From Candidatus Bathyarchaeota archaeon (GTDB lineage: Archaea > Thermoproteota > Bathyarchaeia > Bathyarchaeales > Bathycorpusculaceae), in the NCBI GenBank assembly GCA_963720565.1, contig CAVRFW010000003.1:96001-160000 (forward strand): a DNA stretch of 64,000 bases. The letters run 5' to 3'. Below, piece by piece: positions 28,109-38,024 of this stretch. Each line of letters starts with the position of its first letter. Within the stretch, counting starts at the first letter, position 1. A program made the position numbers and the translations under genes. A model generated the notes under the pieces. The model was not told the origin of the DNA. It saw only the letters and a list, made by a program, of their open reading frames with translations, and searched no databases.

Positions 28109-28729
28109 CTATTGTTTTGTATGGGTTTTTGCGATTAGGTTCTCAGCTATTCTTAACTCGTGCAGGGTGTTGACGTTAACAGCGACTTCGTCGATGTCTA
28201 ACAAGTATACTTCCTGATCTATTTCTTCCTCTTCAATTTTGAGTCCGTCAATTACGTTTATTCCTGCAGGAACCACCCATTTGTTATCCATCTTGAAGGC
28301 GTATTCTCCTCCTAACCCTAGTTTCTTCTTCGTTTCCACGGAGACCACAACCGTTAGTGCATGTTTACCACATTTTTTATACCGAGCTAGTATGGTGTCT
28401 ACAGCTTCTCCCGTAATCAACGGTAGGTCTGCCCCAACTGCCAAGACAGTTTGCAGCTCCAGTTTTCTGATGGCGTAGCCTAGGTCAAAAACGTACTCTC
28501 TCCCAGGGGTCTTTATAATCGTCACTTGGAAACGTGTCATAAATTCGGCAGTTTTCGGCGTGTAATCACTGACGGCAACAGCTATCGAATCTACTTCTTT
28601 TGCGTCTTGAAGAGCTTTAAGAACATAAGTAATAACGGGTTTATCTCCAACAAGTAGGAGAGGTTTTTCGCCCGAGAGCGTCATGCGCCTGCCCTTACCA
28701 CCGGCCATTACAAGCGCGGTTACGCCCAT
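28109..28729 (-). CDS. cobY: GTP:adenosylcobinamide-phosphate guanylyltransferase CobY
   Basis: MAGGKGRRM, EKPL, TPG.EYV.DL, ADLP, GINVI and NVNT motifs; overlaps cobS at the end of the cobamide operon. Confidence 0.85.
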   Translation of the reverse strand: MGVTALVMAGGKGRRMTLSGEKPLLLVGDKPVITYVLKALQDAKEVDSIAVAVSDYTPKTAEFMTRFQVTIIKTPGREYVFDLGYAIRKLELQTVLAVGADLPLITGEAVDTILARYKKCGKHALTVVVSVETKKKLGLGGEYAFKMDNKWVVPAGINVIDGLKIEEEEIDQEVYLLDIDEVAVNVNTLHELRIAENLIAKTHTKQ

Positions 28730-29472
28730 CCCAACACCGCTATCAAAACGATTAGCGAAACCATGCGAGTAAGCTCGTTAGAGGCACCTAGCACATCCCC
28801 TGTTACTCCTCTGAAAAGTCTGTGACTGATTCCGACAATTACGAGGCTCGCTACAACAGTTGCAAGTACTGTTATTGCCCCCGCAAACCACAACAATGGA
28901 AGGGCTATTGCTAGAGCGATGGCTAATGCAACTACTAAGCGGCCAGTGCCTTTCCAACCATGCATCGCTTTTAGAAACGAGGAAGCCATTCCTTCGTGCA
29001 CGGCTTTTCCTGCCCAAGCCCCAATAACCATTGAGAGTTTTGCCGAAACTTCAACGGTAACTATGCTTTGAATGATTACGGACGCGTCTAATTCCGCTAT
29101 GCATAGGGCTGTAATTAGGTAAGTCATGATGCCTAGGCATAAGCCTCCAGCGCCAGTCAGCTGATCGTGCATGATTTCGATTTTTCTTTCCGGTGAACCG
29201 TGAGCCATAACACCGTCGCCGAAATCCAAAAGTCCATCTGTATGATGAAGTCCAGTTATAAGTAGCAATACTCCCAACACTAGTGCTCCAACAACCAAGG
29301 AAGGAAGAAATTGAGATATTGCCCAACCGAAAACGCCGCCTAGTAGCCCTGTGAAGGCTCCCATTAGAGGAAAAACAAACATTGCTCTTGCGCAGTCGGT
29401 TAGCATGTCTTTGTCCATGCTTACTGGGATAATTGTTAAGAACGAAAAGAGGTTCTTGATTTCCTTAAGCAA
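28720..29472 (-). CDS. cobS: Adenosylcobinamide-GDP ribazoletransferase (cobamide synthase) CobS
   Basis: Canonical TGLHHTDGLLDFGDG..RKIEIMHD..GAGG and GVTGDVLGA motifs. Confidence 0.93.
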   Translation of the reverse strand: MLKEIKNLFSFLTIIPVSMDKDMLTDCARAMFVFPLMGAFTGLLGGVFGWAISQFLPSLVVGALVLGVLLLITGLHHTDGLLDFGDGVMAHGSPERKIEIMHDQLTGAGGLCLGIMTYLITALCIAELDASVIIQSIVTVEVSAKLSMVIGAWAGKAVHEGMASSFLKAMHGWKGTGRLVVALAIALAIALPLLWFAGAITVLATVVASLVIVGISHRLFRGVTGDVLGASNELTRMVSLIVLIAVLGWA

Positions 29473-29485
29473 AATCTGAGCCTCA

Positions 29486-30586
29486 TCACTTCTTTTCCAT
29501 TAGCAACTCGTAGTTCCTTTCTATCTCTTTAAGCAGCATTTCCTTGGTTATTGCTCCTCCGACTTTCGCCATCGCTGCTACGGCGGCTCCGCCAGCCCCG
29601 ACACCTTCCTTTACTATGCCTTCTTCATAAGCCTTTAAGCCATAGAACTTGGAACCTCCGAAACCGATGTCGGATGCTAGAATTGGCACGTTCGCGATTT
29701 GAGAAACAATCCCCTTAAGATCAGAAGTCTTGTCATTGATAATCCATCTTGTGGTGCCAATTGCCACATTACATAGAACATCCTCGTTCAAGGCTTTCAC
29801 AATTGCTAAGACAGCACTCATCTGTGTTCCTCCAGCCATCAACACTGGAACTTGAGCGGCCGCGCCTATGACCAAACCAGCTACTGCTGGCATCATTGGA
29901 TCTCCCAGACAGGAAATTGCTCTTACAGGATTGTCTGCGAGACTTCCAAACCTCTCCTTAGCGGCGGATAGTCCTGTAGCGGTGATTTCGGTTTTCAGTC
30001 TATGCGGGTTGTCGGGCATGCTGCTGCTTACCTTGCCTTCAGCTTTGACACCCATTGCGGACAGAACGCCTAACGCCGTGGTTGTGCCTCCAGGAATGCT
30101 TTCTCCGATTACAAGATAGTCCGCTGTCTTGGCTAGTTGTTTTCCAGCGATTATAGCTCTTTGAACAACTTCATCGACATTGTCCACTGCGTTTCCGGTT
30201 CTTATGTCCCTGCCAGGGCTTCCGCCCAAATCCAAAAAGGGAACATAAGGTTTCACCTTTAATCCTGCACTGGCTACTAGAATGGGTATGTCTGCCAGCT
30301 TTAAAGCTGACATCGATATCAACGCTGGGGTGGGTATCCCGCTAGGTGTCACAGGTACACCTTTTATGCACTTGCACTTGCCAAGGAGAAGTAGTTCAGC
30401 GTCTGCGGGTGGCGTGTAGTCAGTGAATTCTGGATGTTCTCCTGCTGCAGATATTCCGGGGATTTTGGCTGTTTCTGTTGTACCTATCGTGCAGATGAAT
30501 AGGGGATTCTTTCCGTTCACTTCGTTGATGAATGCCTCTGCTTTCGTTTCGTTGTGTGCTAGTAGCACATCAAATACTTTCTTCAT
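29486..30586 (-). CDS. cobT: Archaeal-type NaMN:base phosphoribosyltransferase CobT
   Basis: IPGISAAG, YTPPADAE, GIPTPA, GESIPGGTTTA, LMAGGTQM, GTTRW and VKEGVGAGG motifs. Confidence 0.92.
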   Translation of the reverse strand: MKKVFDVLLAHNETKAEAFINEVNGKNPLFICTIGTTETAKIPGISAAGEHPEFTDYTPPADAELLLLGKCKCIKGVPVTPSGIPTPALISMSALKLADIPILVASAGLKVKPYVPFLDLGGSPGRDIRTGNAVDNVDEVVQRAIIAGKQLAKTADYLVIGESIPGGTTTALGVLSAMGVKAEGKVSSSMPDNPHRLKTEITATGLSAAKERFGSLADNPVRAISCLGDPMMPAVAGLVIGAAAQVPVLMAGGTQMSAVLAIVKALNEDVLCNVAIGTTRWIINDKTSDLKGIVSQIANVPILASDIGFGGSKFYGLKAYEEGIVKEGVGAGGAAVAAMAKVGGAITKEMLLKEIERNYELLMEKK

Positions 30587-30606
30587 TTTCTATTTGCCTT
30601 CTTTTT

Positions 30607-31269
30607 TCAATGACTTTGAATTGCGTTATTTTCTAGCTGACCTGAGCCCTCCAATGTGGCTTTTCTGCTTTCAAGTATGTCTATTCGCTTTCCAAACAAA
30701 GGTCCATCGGTCACAAGCGTATGGTATTCTCCCTTTTCTCCGCAAGGATCAACATTACTGATTTCTGCAATGTCTTGGAAGAATTTCTCGCTTAGCCGTC
30801 TTCCAAGCCATTCCAAGGTCAACATTTCCATGTTAACTCTGACTACGACAGCTTCGAAACCGGAGTTTACGAATTCATGGAAAATCTGGGTCGTGTTCTG
30901 CATCCATAGAGGTTTAATGGGTTTCAGCCCTATTTCTCTGCAGATTCGGTTTAACCATCCTTCCTCATGTAATGGAACCTCAAATATATCTCCAGTGACT
31001 AGACCTTGCACTCCAGCATTCTTAAGCTGTTGTAGAGCACTCTTGAATTCTTGCTCGTAGAAGCCAGAAGTGGTTTCTCGTTTTGTTATAGGAATTCCAA
31101 TAGCACTAGCTTGGGCATCCAGCAAGTCAGTTCTGATCTTGTGGAAATTCGATTTGCCATCACTTGTTATCATGGTCAGAAGATTGCTGACTTCTAAGCC
31201 TTCCTGAATAGCTTTGAAGCATGCTAAGCAACTGTCCTTTCCCCCACTCCACGAGACTGCCACTTTCAT
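30607..31269 (-). CDS. DUF71/COG2102 PP-loop ATPase (diphthine-ammonia ligase family), B12-operon copy
   Basis: SWSGGKDS, VTGDI, PLW and DPCGEKGEYHTLVTDGPLF motifs; possible +1 insertion near the C-terminus. Confidence 0.88.
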   Translation of the reverse strand: MKVAVSWSGGKDSCLACFKAIQEGLEVSNLLTMITSDGKSNFHKIRTDLLDAQASAIGIPITKRETTSGFYEQEFKSALQQLKNAGVQGLVTGDIFEVPLHEEGWLNRICREIGLKPIKPLWMQNTTQIFHEFVNSGFEAVVVRVNMEMLTLEWLGRRLSEKFFQDIAEISNVDPCGEKGEYHTLVTDGPLFGKRIDILESRKATLEGSGQLENNAIQSH

Positions 31270-32618
31270 TTATGTTCCGTGCTCCTTGGAATGGATCCTG
31301 GCTTGAGATGACTGAGAATTCTGTTTTTTTCTAAAATGGCCGTCTTAGCTTTTTCTTCGGATACATTTAGCCATTGGAGGAGCTCGTTTTGGTTGGAAAC
31401 GAACACTGCACCCATACATTTTAGCTCGGAGAACAATTCTCTTGCTTTTCCTCCGGTGAAATCCCTGCTTTCAATGGGTACTTCATCCATGACAATAGTG
31501 GGGATTCCATTTTTCAAAGCTTGTTTTGCCGTTTCCAGGTTTTGCAGGTTACCGTGTCCGAACGGTACTGAGGTTAAGACTACAGTGCTTGCCCTGCTCA
31601 TCATTGCCAGATTTGCTTCTTGAGTTTTTTCAGTTATTGGAGAGAAAGGTGCTTCCGTCGTTACGGGTATTTTGAGAAACTGGGCCGTCTCAAAATCCGT
31701 GTCTAGCACATTTAGAACCCCTGCAGTTACGCTGTAACCCTCGTCTAAGAGTAGCTTCATAAGGGCAGCTCCGGTACCTGCTCCGCATACCAAGTGGATC
31801 GAGCACGTTTTGGCGGGGGATGACTTCTCTGGAGACAGAGGCAGTACAAAAAGCGAGTTTGTTACGAGATGTTTCTTTACTATAGCGTTAACTCGAAAGA
31901 CGCTCCTAATATTTTCACTAGTTAAGACCTCATCTAGGCTGCCAGTGGAAAATATTTTTCCGCCCTTGAGCAACAAGCAAGACGTGCAATAACGCGCGGC
32001 TAGATTCAGGTCGTGAAAAACTGCTATCACTATAAGCTTCTCTCTCACACACAGGCTCTTAACGAGGTCCATGATTTCCAATTGGTTTATTATGTCTAGA
32101 TGTGTCATGGGTTCGTCCAAAAGTAGAATCCTGGGTTCCTGCGCTAAGGCACGTGCTATTATTACACGTTGTCTCTCACCGCCACTGAGCTCGTTAATTG
32201 GTCTTTCCGAAAGGTGCCAAGTATTTGTGAGTTCCATTGCTTTGCGGGCAATTGCCAAGTCTTTGTTTCCTTCCATCTGGAAGCGGGTCATATGTGGATT
32301 GCGTCCCATTAGAACAATGTCCAATGCGGCAAAACTAAAGCTGATAGCGCTGTCTTGAGGTACAACCGCCATCTGTCGTGCCACTTCCACGCCTTTGAGA
32401 GTATGTATGTCAGATTCGTTAAGCAGTATAGTTCCTCTGTACGGTTTGAGAGATCTGCTTATGCTTTTGATTAGAGTGGTTTTTCCTGAACCGTTCGGCC
32501 CGAGTATTCCAACAAAGTCGCCTTCTTTCACTGAGAGACTCACGTTTTCAAGGACCTTGACAGATCCGTAACGGCACTCGACACCGTCAACTTTTAACGT
32601 TACCAAATCAAGCACCAA
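31266..32618 (-). CDS. btuD: Cobalamin/iron-siderophore ABC transporter ATPase BtuD with C-terminal extension
   Basis: GPNGSGKTT, LSGGERQRV, LLLDEP and HDLNLAARY motifs; extra C-terminal domain starting IHLVCGAGTG. Confidence 0.9.
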   Translation of the reverse strand: MVLDLVTLKVDGVECRYGSVKVLENVSLSVKEGDFVGILGPNGSGKTTLIKSISRSLKPYRGTILLNESDIHTLKGVEVARQMAVVPQDSAISFSFAALDIVLMGRNPHMTRFQMEGNKDLAIARKAMELTNTWHLSERPINELSGGERQRVIIARALAQEPRILLLDEPMTHLDIINQLEIMDLVKSLCVREKLIVIAVFHDLNLAARYCTSCLLLKGGKIFSTGSLDEVLTSENIRSVFRVNAIVKKHLVTNSLFVLPLSPEKSSPAKTCSIHLVCGAGTGAALMKLLLDEGYSVTAGVLNVLDTDFETAQFLKIPVTTEAPFSPITEKTQEANLAMMSRASTVVLTSVPFGHGNLQNLETAKQALKNGIPTIVMDEVPIESRDFTGGKARELFSELKCMGAVFVSNQNELLQWLNVSEEKAKTAILEKNRILSHLKPGSIPRSTEHK

Positions 32619-32622
32619 CCTC

Positions 32623-33715
32623 TCATAGCGCGTAACTCTGCTTTTTCTTTCTAAGAAGAATGATGAAGAATGGAGCCCCAGCGAGCATGGTGATTATTCC
32701 GACGGGCAATTGAAGAGTCGAAGCAAATGGAGTCGCTATGACTCTTGCAATAGCGTCACAGATTACCAAGAAGATTGCGCCAGTTATTATGGATGCTGGA
32801 AAAAGAATGCGATGGTCAGGTCCTATTATGATTCGTGTTATGTGAGGAACCATCAAACCTACAAAACCTATTAGTCCGCTGAGGGAAACAGCGGCTGCCG
32901 CTACCATTGAAGCAAATACTAGTAATCTGTTTTTGACTCTCTCAACATTTACACCTAGATTGTGAGCGGTCTCTTCGCCAAGGGCCAACAGGTTTAGGTC
33001 GCGCGAATAGAAATATGATAGCTACCGTGCCAACTACTATGAGTGGTAATACTGCCCATATTTGTGACCATAAAACGTTTGAAAAGCCGCCTATTAGCCA
33101 AAATACTATTGAGTGAAGTGTGTCGCCCGCTATGACTTCTAAAAGGGAGACTATGGAATACATGAAAAAGTTAACTGCTATTCCACAGAGCAGTAACATT
33201 GTGATGGGGACTCTTGATCCGACTCGGGCTATGTTGTAGACTAGAAACATGGCAGCACAGAGCTCCCAACGAAAGCAGCTACTTGTATAAGACCCAAACC
33301 TAGGATTGAAAAGCCTGCCCCGAAAAGCACGGATAATGAAGCTCCGACTGCTGCTCCGGACGACACGCCTAACAAGTACGAGTCTGCCATTGGGTTTTTG
33401 AATACTCCTTGATACACAACTCCAGAACTCGATAAAGCTGCACCTACTATGATGCCTGCTATGATCCGGGGTAATCGTATCTGAAGTATTATTGCTGCAT
33501 CCCTGGGCAAGAATAGCGAAGAATCTACTAAACCGTCAAAGAATGGGATTTGCTTAGCTCAGTATTGCCAGAATGTCTGGAAATGATATCTGAGCGTAGC
33601 CCACGTTTAAAGAGACAATAATCGTTACAAATAGAGCCAAGACCAGCAAGATTATGCTGTATTTCCATCTGGATGTACGGTGAAAATATGTCTTTTCAAT
33701 TTCTTCTTGTGTCAT
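32623..33715 (-). CDS. btuC: Cobalamin ABC transporter permease BtuC/FecCD (several apparent insertions)
   Basis: IRLPR, FKNPMADSYLLGVSSGA, LALGEETAHNLGV, GLIGFVGLMVPH and LPVG..T..GAPFF motifs, spread over four frames; ATG at 33715. Confidence 0.88.
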
Positions 33716-33744
33716 AATTGCCACACAAAAAAGTGGGGTGTAAT

Positions 33745-34710
33745 TTAAAAGAGTTCTGGGTGAAAGGCTTCAGCCAAGTCCTCTATGATATCTGCAACTC
33801 TAGGTCCAGCTCTAGCGATAGTATCCGAGTTAACCTCGACTAATCTGTCATTCTGCACCGCACTAATGGAATTCCACCCTGGTCGCGCTTTGACGGCATC
33901 CAGGCTTCCCCAAAACGGTTCTCCAAACCCCATGCCTTCTTCGGGCAATAATATCACGTCAGGACTTCGCTCGATAACGGCTTCTGCGCTTGACTGGAAA
34001 TAGTCTAGTTCTTGATCAACGAATACATTAACTCCGCCAGCTTTTTCGATGAGTTCGTTTTGCCACGCTTCTGAACCTGCGGTCCACAAAGAGGTGGGGT
34101 CATACCACACCTCATAGTATACGGTGGGCTTAGAGGCAACACTTGAAACTTTGCTTACGACAGCGTTAATTCTGCTGCTAATATTGTCAATCAGAGCGGT
34201 TGCCTCAGAATTTTTTCCAGTTGCATTGCCCAATAGTTCTATGTTTTGGAGAACACCACTAACGTCGGAAGGGTTTAGCACCAGAACCTTGTATCCTAAA
34301 TCTCTTAGAGTGGCAATTGTCGGGCTTTGGACGCCTCCGGTGGCTAAGATCAAGTCTGGTTCAAGAGAAGCTATGACTTCCATGTTTGGATCGTTGAAAT
34401 CTCCGATGCTGCTTATGTTACCCGCCGCAATCCACGCCGAAAAATCGTATGGATAGTTGCAATAGTTGCTGACAGCCACAATTTTTTCGTCCAGACCTAA
34501 AGCGAAAACGATTTCTGTGGTGCTCGGTGCAAGCGAGATAATCTTGTTCGGAATCGACTCTAGACTTGTAACATAGCCGGTGTCATCGACCAGTTTTTCC
34601 CACGTCTCTAGTTGTGGATTATTCTGACCTTGATAGTAATTGTAGATGAGGGCTGCGGAGATGATTAAAGCTATCGCGGCGACTGCTGAAACGACGTATT
34701 TTGCATTCAT
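33745..34710 (-). CDS. btuF: Cobalamin-binding ABC substrate-binding protein BtuF
   Basis: IISLAPSTTEIVFALG, PDLIL, LIEKAGGVN, AVQNDR and RAGPRV motifs; N-terminal anchor; AGGTGA SD before ATG 34710. Confidence 0.9.
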   Translation of the reverse strand: MNAKYVVSAVAAIALIISAALIYNYYQGQNNPQLETWEKLVDDTGYVTSLESIPNKIISLAPSTTEIVFALGLDEKIVAVSNYCNYPYDFSAWIAAGNISSIGDFNDPNMEVIASLEPDLILATGGVQSPTIATLRDLGYKVLVLNPSDVSGVLQNIELLGNATGKNSEATALIDNISSRINAVVSKVSSVASKPTVYYEVWYDPTSLWTAGSEAWQNELIEKAGGVNVFVDQELDYFQSSAEAVIERSPDVILLPEEGMGFGEPFWGSLDAVKARPGWNSISAVQNDRLVEVNSDTIARAGPRVADIIEDLAEAFHPELF

Positions 34711-34802
34711 TTTTTCACCTTTTTTGTTGGATGGTTTATCCATACAGGTGTTATTAAACTTTACGAAAACACTTAAAACAAACTCCGCCATTAAGAAAAG
34801 CG

Positions 34803-35285
34803 TTGATGAAAATGGCCTCTAATAACCCTCCGTTAATGACTTATTTGGAGAAGAAAGGCATTACTTTAAATGACCTCGTAGAAACGGCGTTAGAGCTTTT
34901 CGTTCCCCATCCTGGCCTTGAAACCGAGGAAGCGGCAGCTGAGATGTTTCGAGAAGAGTTTCTGGATACGTTATCAGACGTAAACGTTTCCACACTGGAA
35001 GTAGCCTGCTTCCGAGCACAAGAAGACGCGGAGAACGGGTTAATTCCTGGGTTATCTCAAGAGAGATTTAATGGGCGCCCTGGTCTTGTGGCAGATGAGC
35101 TTCTAGGATTAGCGATAGCAAACTACATTGCGGGGGTTAGGGGTATATTCGAGTTCACAAGGTTTGACCAAGCCAAGCCAGGAATATTGAAGAGGCTGGG
35201 TCCAATCACTAACGATGCTGTTGGCGGCTTGGTGGCGGGTGTGTCATCGAACGTGTATACGCGAGCCTTGCGGACCTCAAAATGA
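34803..35285 (+). CDS. cobZ: Alpha-ribazole phosphatase CobZ (PgpA-like archaeal family)
   Basis: LSDVNV, LVADELLGLAIANYIAG..GIFEFTRFD..KPGIL..LGP..DAVGGL pattern; divergent from btuF. Confidence 0.82.
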   Translation: MMKMASNNPPLMTYLEKKGITLNDLVETALELFVPHPGLETEEAAAEMFREEFLDTLSDVNVSTLEVACFRAQEDAENGLIPGLSQERFNGRPGLVADELLGLAIANYIAGVRGIFEFTRFDQAKPGILKRLGPITNDAVGGLVAGVSSNVYTRALRTSK

Positions 35286-35292
35286 TTTATTC

Positions 35293-35946
35293 TTAGGCTG
35301 TTTTGCGCTTCTTGAATGCGTTTAAGACTCCATGGCAGTCACAAGCTGTTGCTACGATGAAATCTTCTTTTGTTTTCGCCCAGCTTAGGAATTCCAATAG
35401 TTCCTTTCCTTTGAGGGCGCCCATGCCGGGTGCCATTGAATAGCTGATTAGAATAAAAGCGTCTGGACAGGCAAACCTGAAAAGTTCAATCATCGTGCAT
35501 GGCTTGCTAGTTCGTGAAGATGGGCAAACCTTCGGCATTGTGCATTTTTCCACGCAGTCGGCGTCTCTGTTGAAACTAGCAACGAGTTTTCCTTTTCCAG
35601 ATTGCAAAACTACTACTTCAGGAAGCTTGGGCAGTATAGCGTTGATTGAATCAGGATGCGGCTCAAGGTTGAATTTGACTCTTGCCAAGTCAGCGGCAAT
35701 GTGAACTGGTGCTGTCGGAAAAACATACTCAGGTTTCAGCGATTCTAACAACTTCAAGACTGTTGAAAGGTCGCCCTTGACGAAACTTTCTCTATCAGAA
35801 GATACCTGAGGCATCATTTTGAGTCTGAACCGTTTGACAGCGAGACATTTTTCGTCTGTGTCAACCAAGATGAAGTCTTTTCCTGTCTGCCTTAGATGTT
35901 CTATTGCATAGCATCCGTATTTTCCGCCGCCTACGATAATGTTCGT
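35293..35946 (-). CDS. Hypothetical Rossmann-fold (NAD-binding) protein with Cys motifs
   Basis: The frame is open upstream of the track's TTG (35868) and reads NIIVGGGKYG (GxGxxG), with later APVH, C..C..P..CP and ATACDCHGV. The only start-like codon upstream is ACG at 35946. Confidence 0.65.
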   Translation of the reverse strand, partial: TNIIVGGGKYGCYAIEHLRQTGKDFILVDTDEKCLAVKRFRLKMMPQVSSDRESFVKGDLSTVLKLLESLKPEYVFPTAPVHIAADLARVKFNLEPHPDSINAILPKLPEVVVLQSGKGKLVASFNRDADCVEKCTMPKVCPSSRTSKPCTMIELFRFACPDAFILISYSMAPGMGALKGKELLEFLSWAKTKEDFIVATACDCHGVLNAFKKRKTA

Positions 35947-36062
35947 CTCTGCTCACCAAGTGCCCCTGAGTGTAAGATGGCTAGTTCATCCATCTGCCTG
36001 GGTATTATAGTTTTCCCGAATTCTATCCCGGAGCTATGTTGTTTTGAAAAACTGGTTTTAGG

Positions 36063-36578
36063 TTATTGTCTGCCTGTTTCTTCTGTCATTTTTCTGACGA
36101 AGTTCTTAATGCCTTCTGAACTTCCGTAAACGGTCAAGTATCCATCCGTTTCTTCGCGGGAAGAAAGGCTTGTTTGTGTTGCGAGCTGTTTCAGTTTCTC
36201 TATGGGCAGGCTGGTTAACGGTTTTACTCGAATCCACTTTTGATCGCGAGGAACACCTGAAATGAAATGCTTCTCTTCTTTTTCCTCTATCAGGCATGTA
36301 TCACAACTTGCCGCGTTCAAACGTCTCAGCCACTCGTCAACCTGTGCTAACGTCAGACTCTTTTGTGCCTCGGTTATAAGATACGCTTCCACGCTGCTTA
36401 GATACTCTTCGATTTTAGGGGCTGTTTCGCCAAGGCTTTTCTGATCAACATCCTCTACTTTCATCAGGGTTCTCGCAGATTTCAAATCTGTCAAGACTTT
36501 CTGTGGAACCGGCAATCCTTTCTTTCGGAATTCGATGATAATCTCTTCCAAGACTCTTGATATAGCTAAATGCGGCAT
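36063..36578 (-). CDS. DUF2096-family protein
   Basis: VLEEIIIEFRKKG..VP..VLTDLKSAR, YL..VEAYL and FISGVPRDQKWIRV pattern. Confidence 0.7.
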   Translation of the reverse strand: MPHLAISRVLEEIIIEFRKKGLPVPQKVLTDLKSARTLMKVEDVDQKSLGETAPKIEEYLSSVEAYLITEAQKSLTLAQVDEWLRRLNAASCDTCLIEEKEEKHFISGVPRDQKWIRVKPLTSLPIEKLKQLATQTSLSSREETDGYLTVYGSSEGIKNFVRKMTEETGRQ

Positions 36579-36684
36579 CGTTCTTTCCTCTCTAACAAAA
36601 TTGTATGATCCAAACCGTTAATAAACTGTTCTTGCAATTCTCGACCTGCCCCTCAGAAGAACTGAAATTTGACAATTCTGAGGT

Positions 36685-37014
36685 TCAAGTTGTCCAGAAA
36701 GAAAACACCGGTAAATCTTTTCCGAACTCTTTCTCAATGAACTGCTTAATGTCTTCGTCTTCCAAGCAACGGATTCCGTTCTTGTCCTTGCGTATTGGAA
36801 TTCTTGTTTCTCTCAGCGTGTTTTCTCCTCCTTTGGGAAAGTCGAGATAAACGTAGTAACCGTTCTTGGCGAGCAGAATCATCCTTAAAGCCGTCAGTTC
36901 CTTTGTTTCCGACATACCGTGCTGGTCTATGCTGTAGACTATTGAATCAGGTTTAAGTTTCACAACTAGACTTTTGAAATCTTCCCATTTTCTAACTCTA
37001 ACAAGGTCACTCAA
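36685..37014 (-). CDS. Conserved hypothetical protein
   Basis: 109 aa ORF with normal composition, co-oriented downstream of thyA. Confidence 0.65.
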   Translation of the reverse strand: MSDLVRVRKWEDFKSLVVKLKPDSIVYSIDQHGMSETKELTALRMILLAKNGYYVYLDFPKGGENTLRETRIPIRKDKNGIRCLEDEDIKQFIEKEFGKDLPVFSFWTT

Positions 37015-37069
37015 TCAGCAACGCCTTTTCTTCGATGCTAGTGATGCTTCAATTTCGAAAACAGCTCTT

Positions 37070-37822
37070 CTATTCTTGTCTTTGTTCCTCTGTGAAAAGG
37101 TCTTTCGAGCGTTCTTTAATAGTCGTAGCCATTCGTGGTAAATTGCCGGAACGACTTCTCGGCTCAAGCAGCTCTTTCACGAGCTTGTTTTGCCTCTGGT
37201 AAATGTGACAGTTCTTTGAATGGAAAACCAGTTTGCCTGTCGTCAAAGAAAGGTTTGCTTTTTCGTTTATTTCCGATACAAAGGCTTCGTTAAAAAGCTG
37301 CAATCCTGCAATGTTAGCTGGCAAGCCTGCATACGCGTCCCACGACCTAAAATAACATGTCAGATGCATTTTTCCTTCCAGAATCTCGGTGTCAATCAAA
37401 CTCAGGCAAGGCGGTTCATGCCTCTTGGTTTCGATACTTTTTCTTATGTCCTCAGGTAATCTAATGACCAGAGTAACTTGCCTATCACGCTGTTCTTGCA
37501 CATACCTATTCACGGCTTCTTGTATTTGGTTAACTGGATGGTTAAGTCTGCTTCCGTATGTGTAGGTTTCATCCTGTTTTTCTCCACACCAAAGGTACTC
37601 CAAGGCGTAACCTTGAACATATTTGATGTCACATGGCGCCTTGTCGCTTACTAGAGGCCTATTCTCAGGATGGGTAATTTCTATTGTCAGATTCAGCTTC
37701 TTTGTCTCTGTAATCTCTGAACCGTAACCCACTTGGAAGGGGTCACCTTCATTCCAAATGTGACTGAACGCTTGGAACCAAGCGTCTGGACAGTCAAAAG
37801 CTGTAATTTTTGTATGTTTCAA
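37070..37822 (-). CDS. thyA: Thymidylate synthase (archaeal ThyA type)
   Basis: YTYGSRL, catalytic PPCL, FRSWD, GLPAN and HIY motifs. Confidence 0.88.
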   Translation of the reverse strand: MKHTKITAFDCPDAWFQAFSHIWNEGDPFQVGYGSEITETKKLNLTIEITHPENRPLVSDKAPCDIKYVQGYALEYLWCGEKQDETYTYGSRLNHPVNQIQEAVNRYVQEQRDRQVTLVIRLPEDIRKSIETKRHEPPCLSLIDTEILEGKMHLTCYFRSWDAYAGLPANIAGLQLFNEAFVSEINEKANLSLTTGKLVFHSKNCHIYQRQNKLVKELLEPRSRSGNLPRMATTIKERSKDLFTEEQRQE

Positions 37823-38024
37823 AGTGCTTTTGCCCCTATATTATTCACCAAGTAAAGCGTTAAAAGTATTCAGCCCGATTGGGGAATATAAATTTGTGCT
37901 GATTTGAGGATTAGCAGCTACACTTCATATGTAATCGTCATCTTGGAAGGAAAATGCTGTTTGTGAATCTTTTTAAGCAGTCGCAGCATAAACTCAGTTA
38001 GACCTCTCTGTTGAGATATGTTGC

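Noticed and set aside
31266..31830. BtuD C-terminal extension as a novel fusion
   Set aside because: Similar extended BtuD proteins are, to my recollection, common in archaea. Noted but not considered new.
34711..34802. Cobalamin riboswitch upstream of btuF
   Set aside because: The spacer is only ~90 nt, is shared with divergent cobZ, and shows no B12-box or GGGAA/conserved core.
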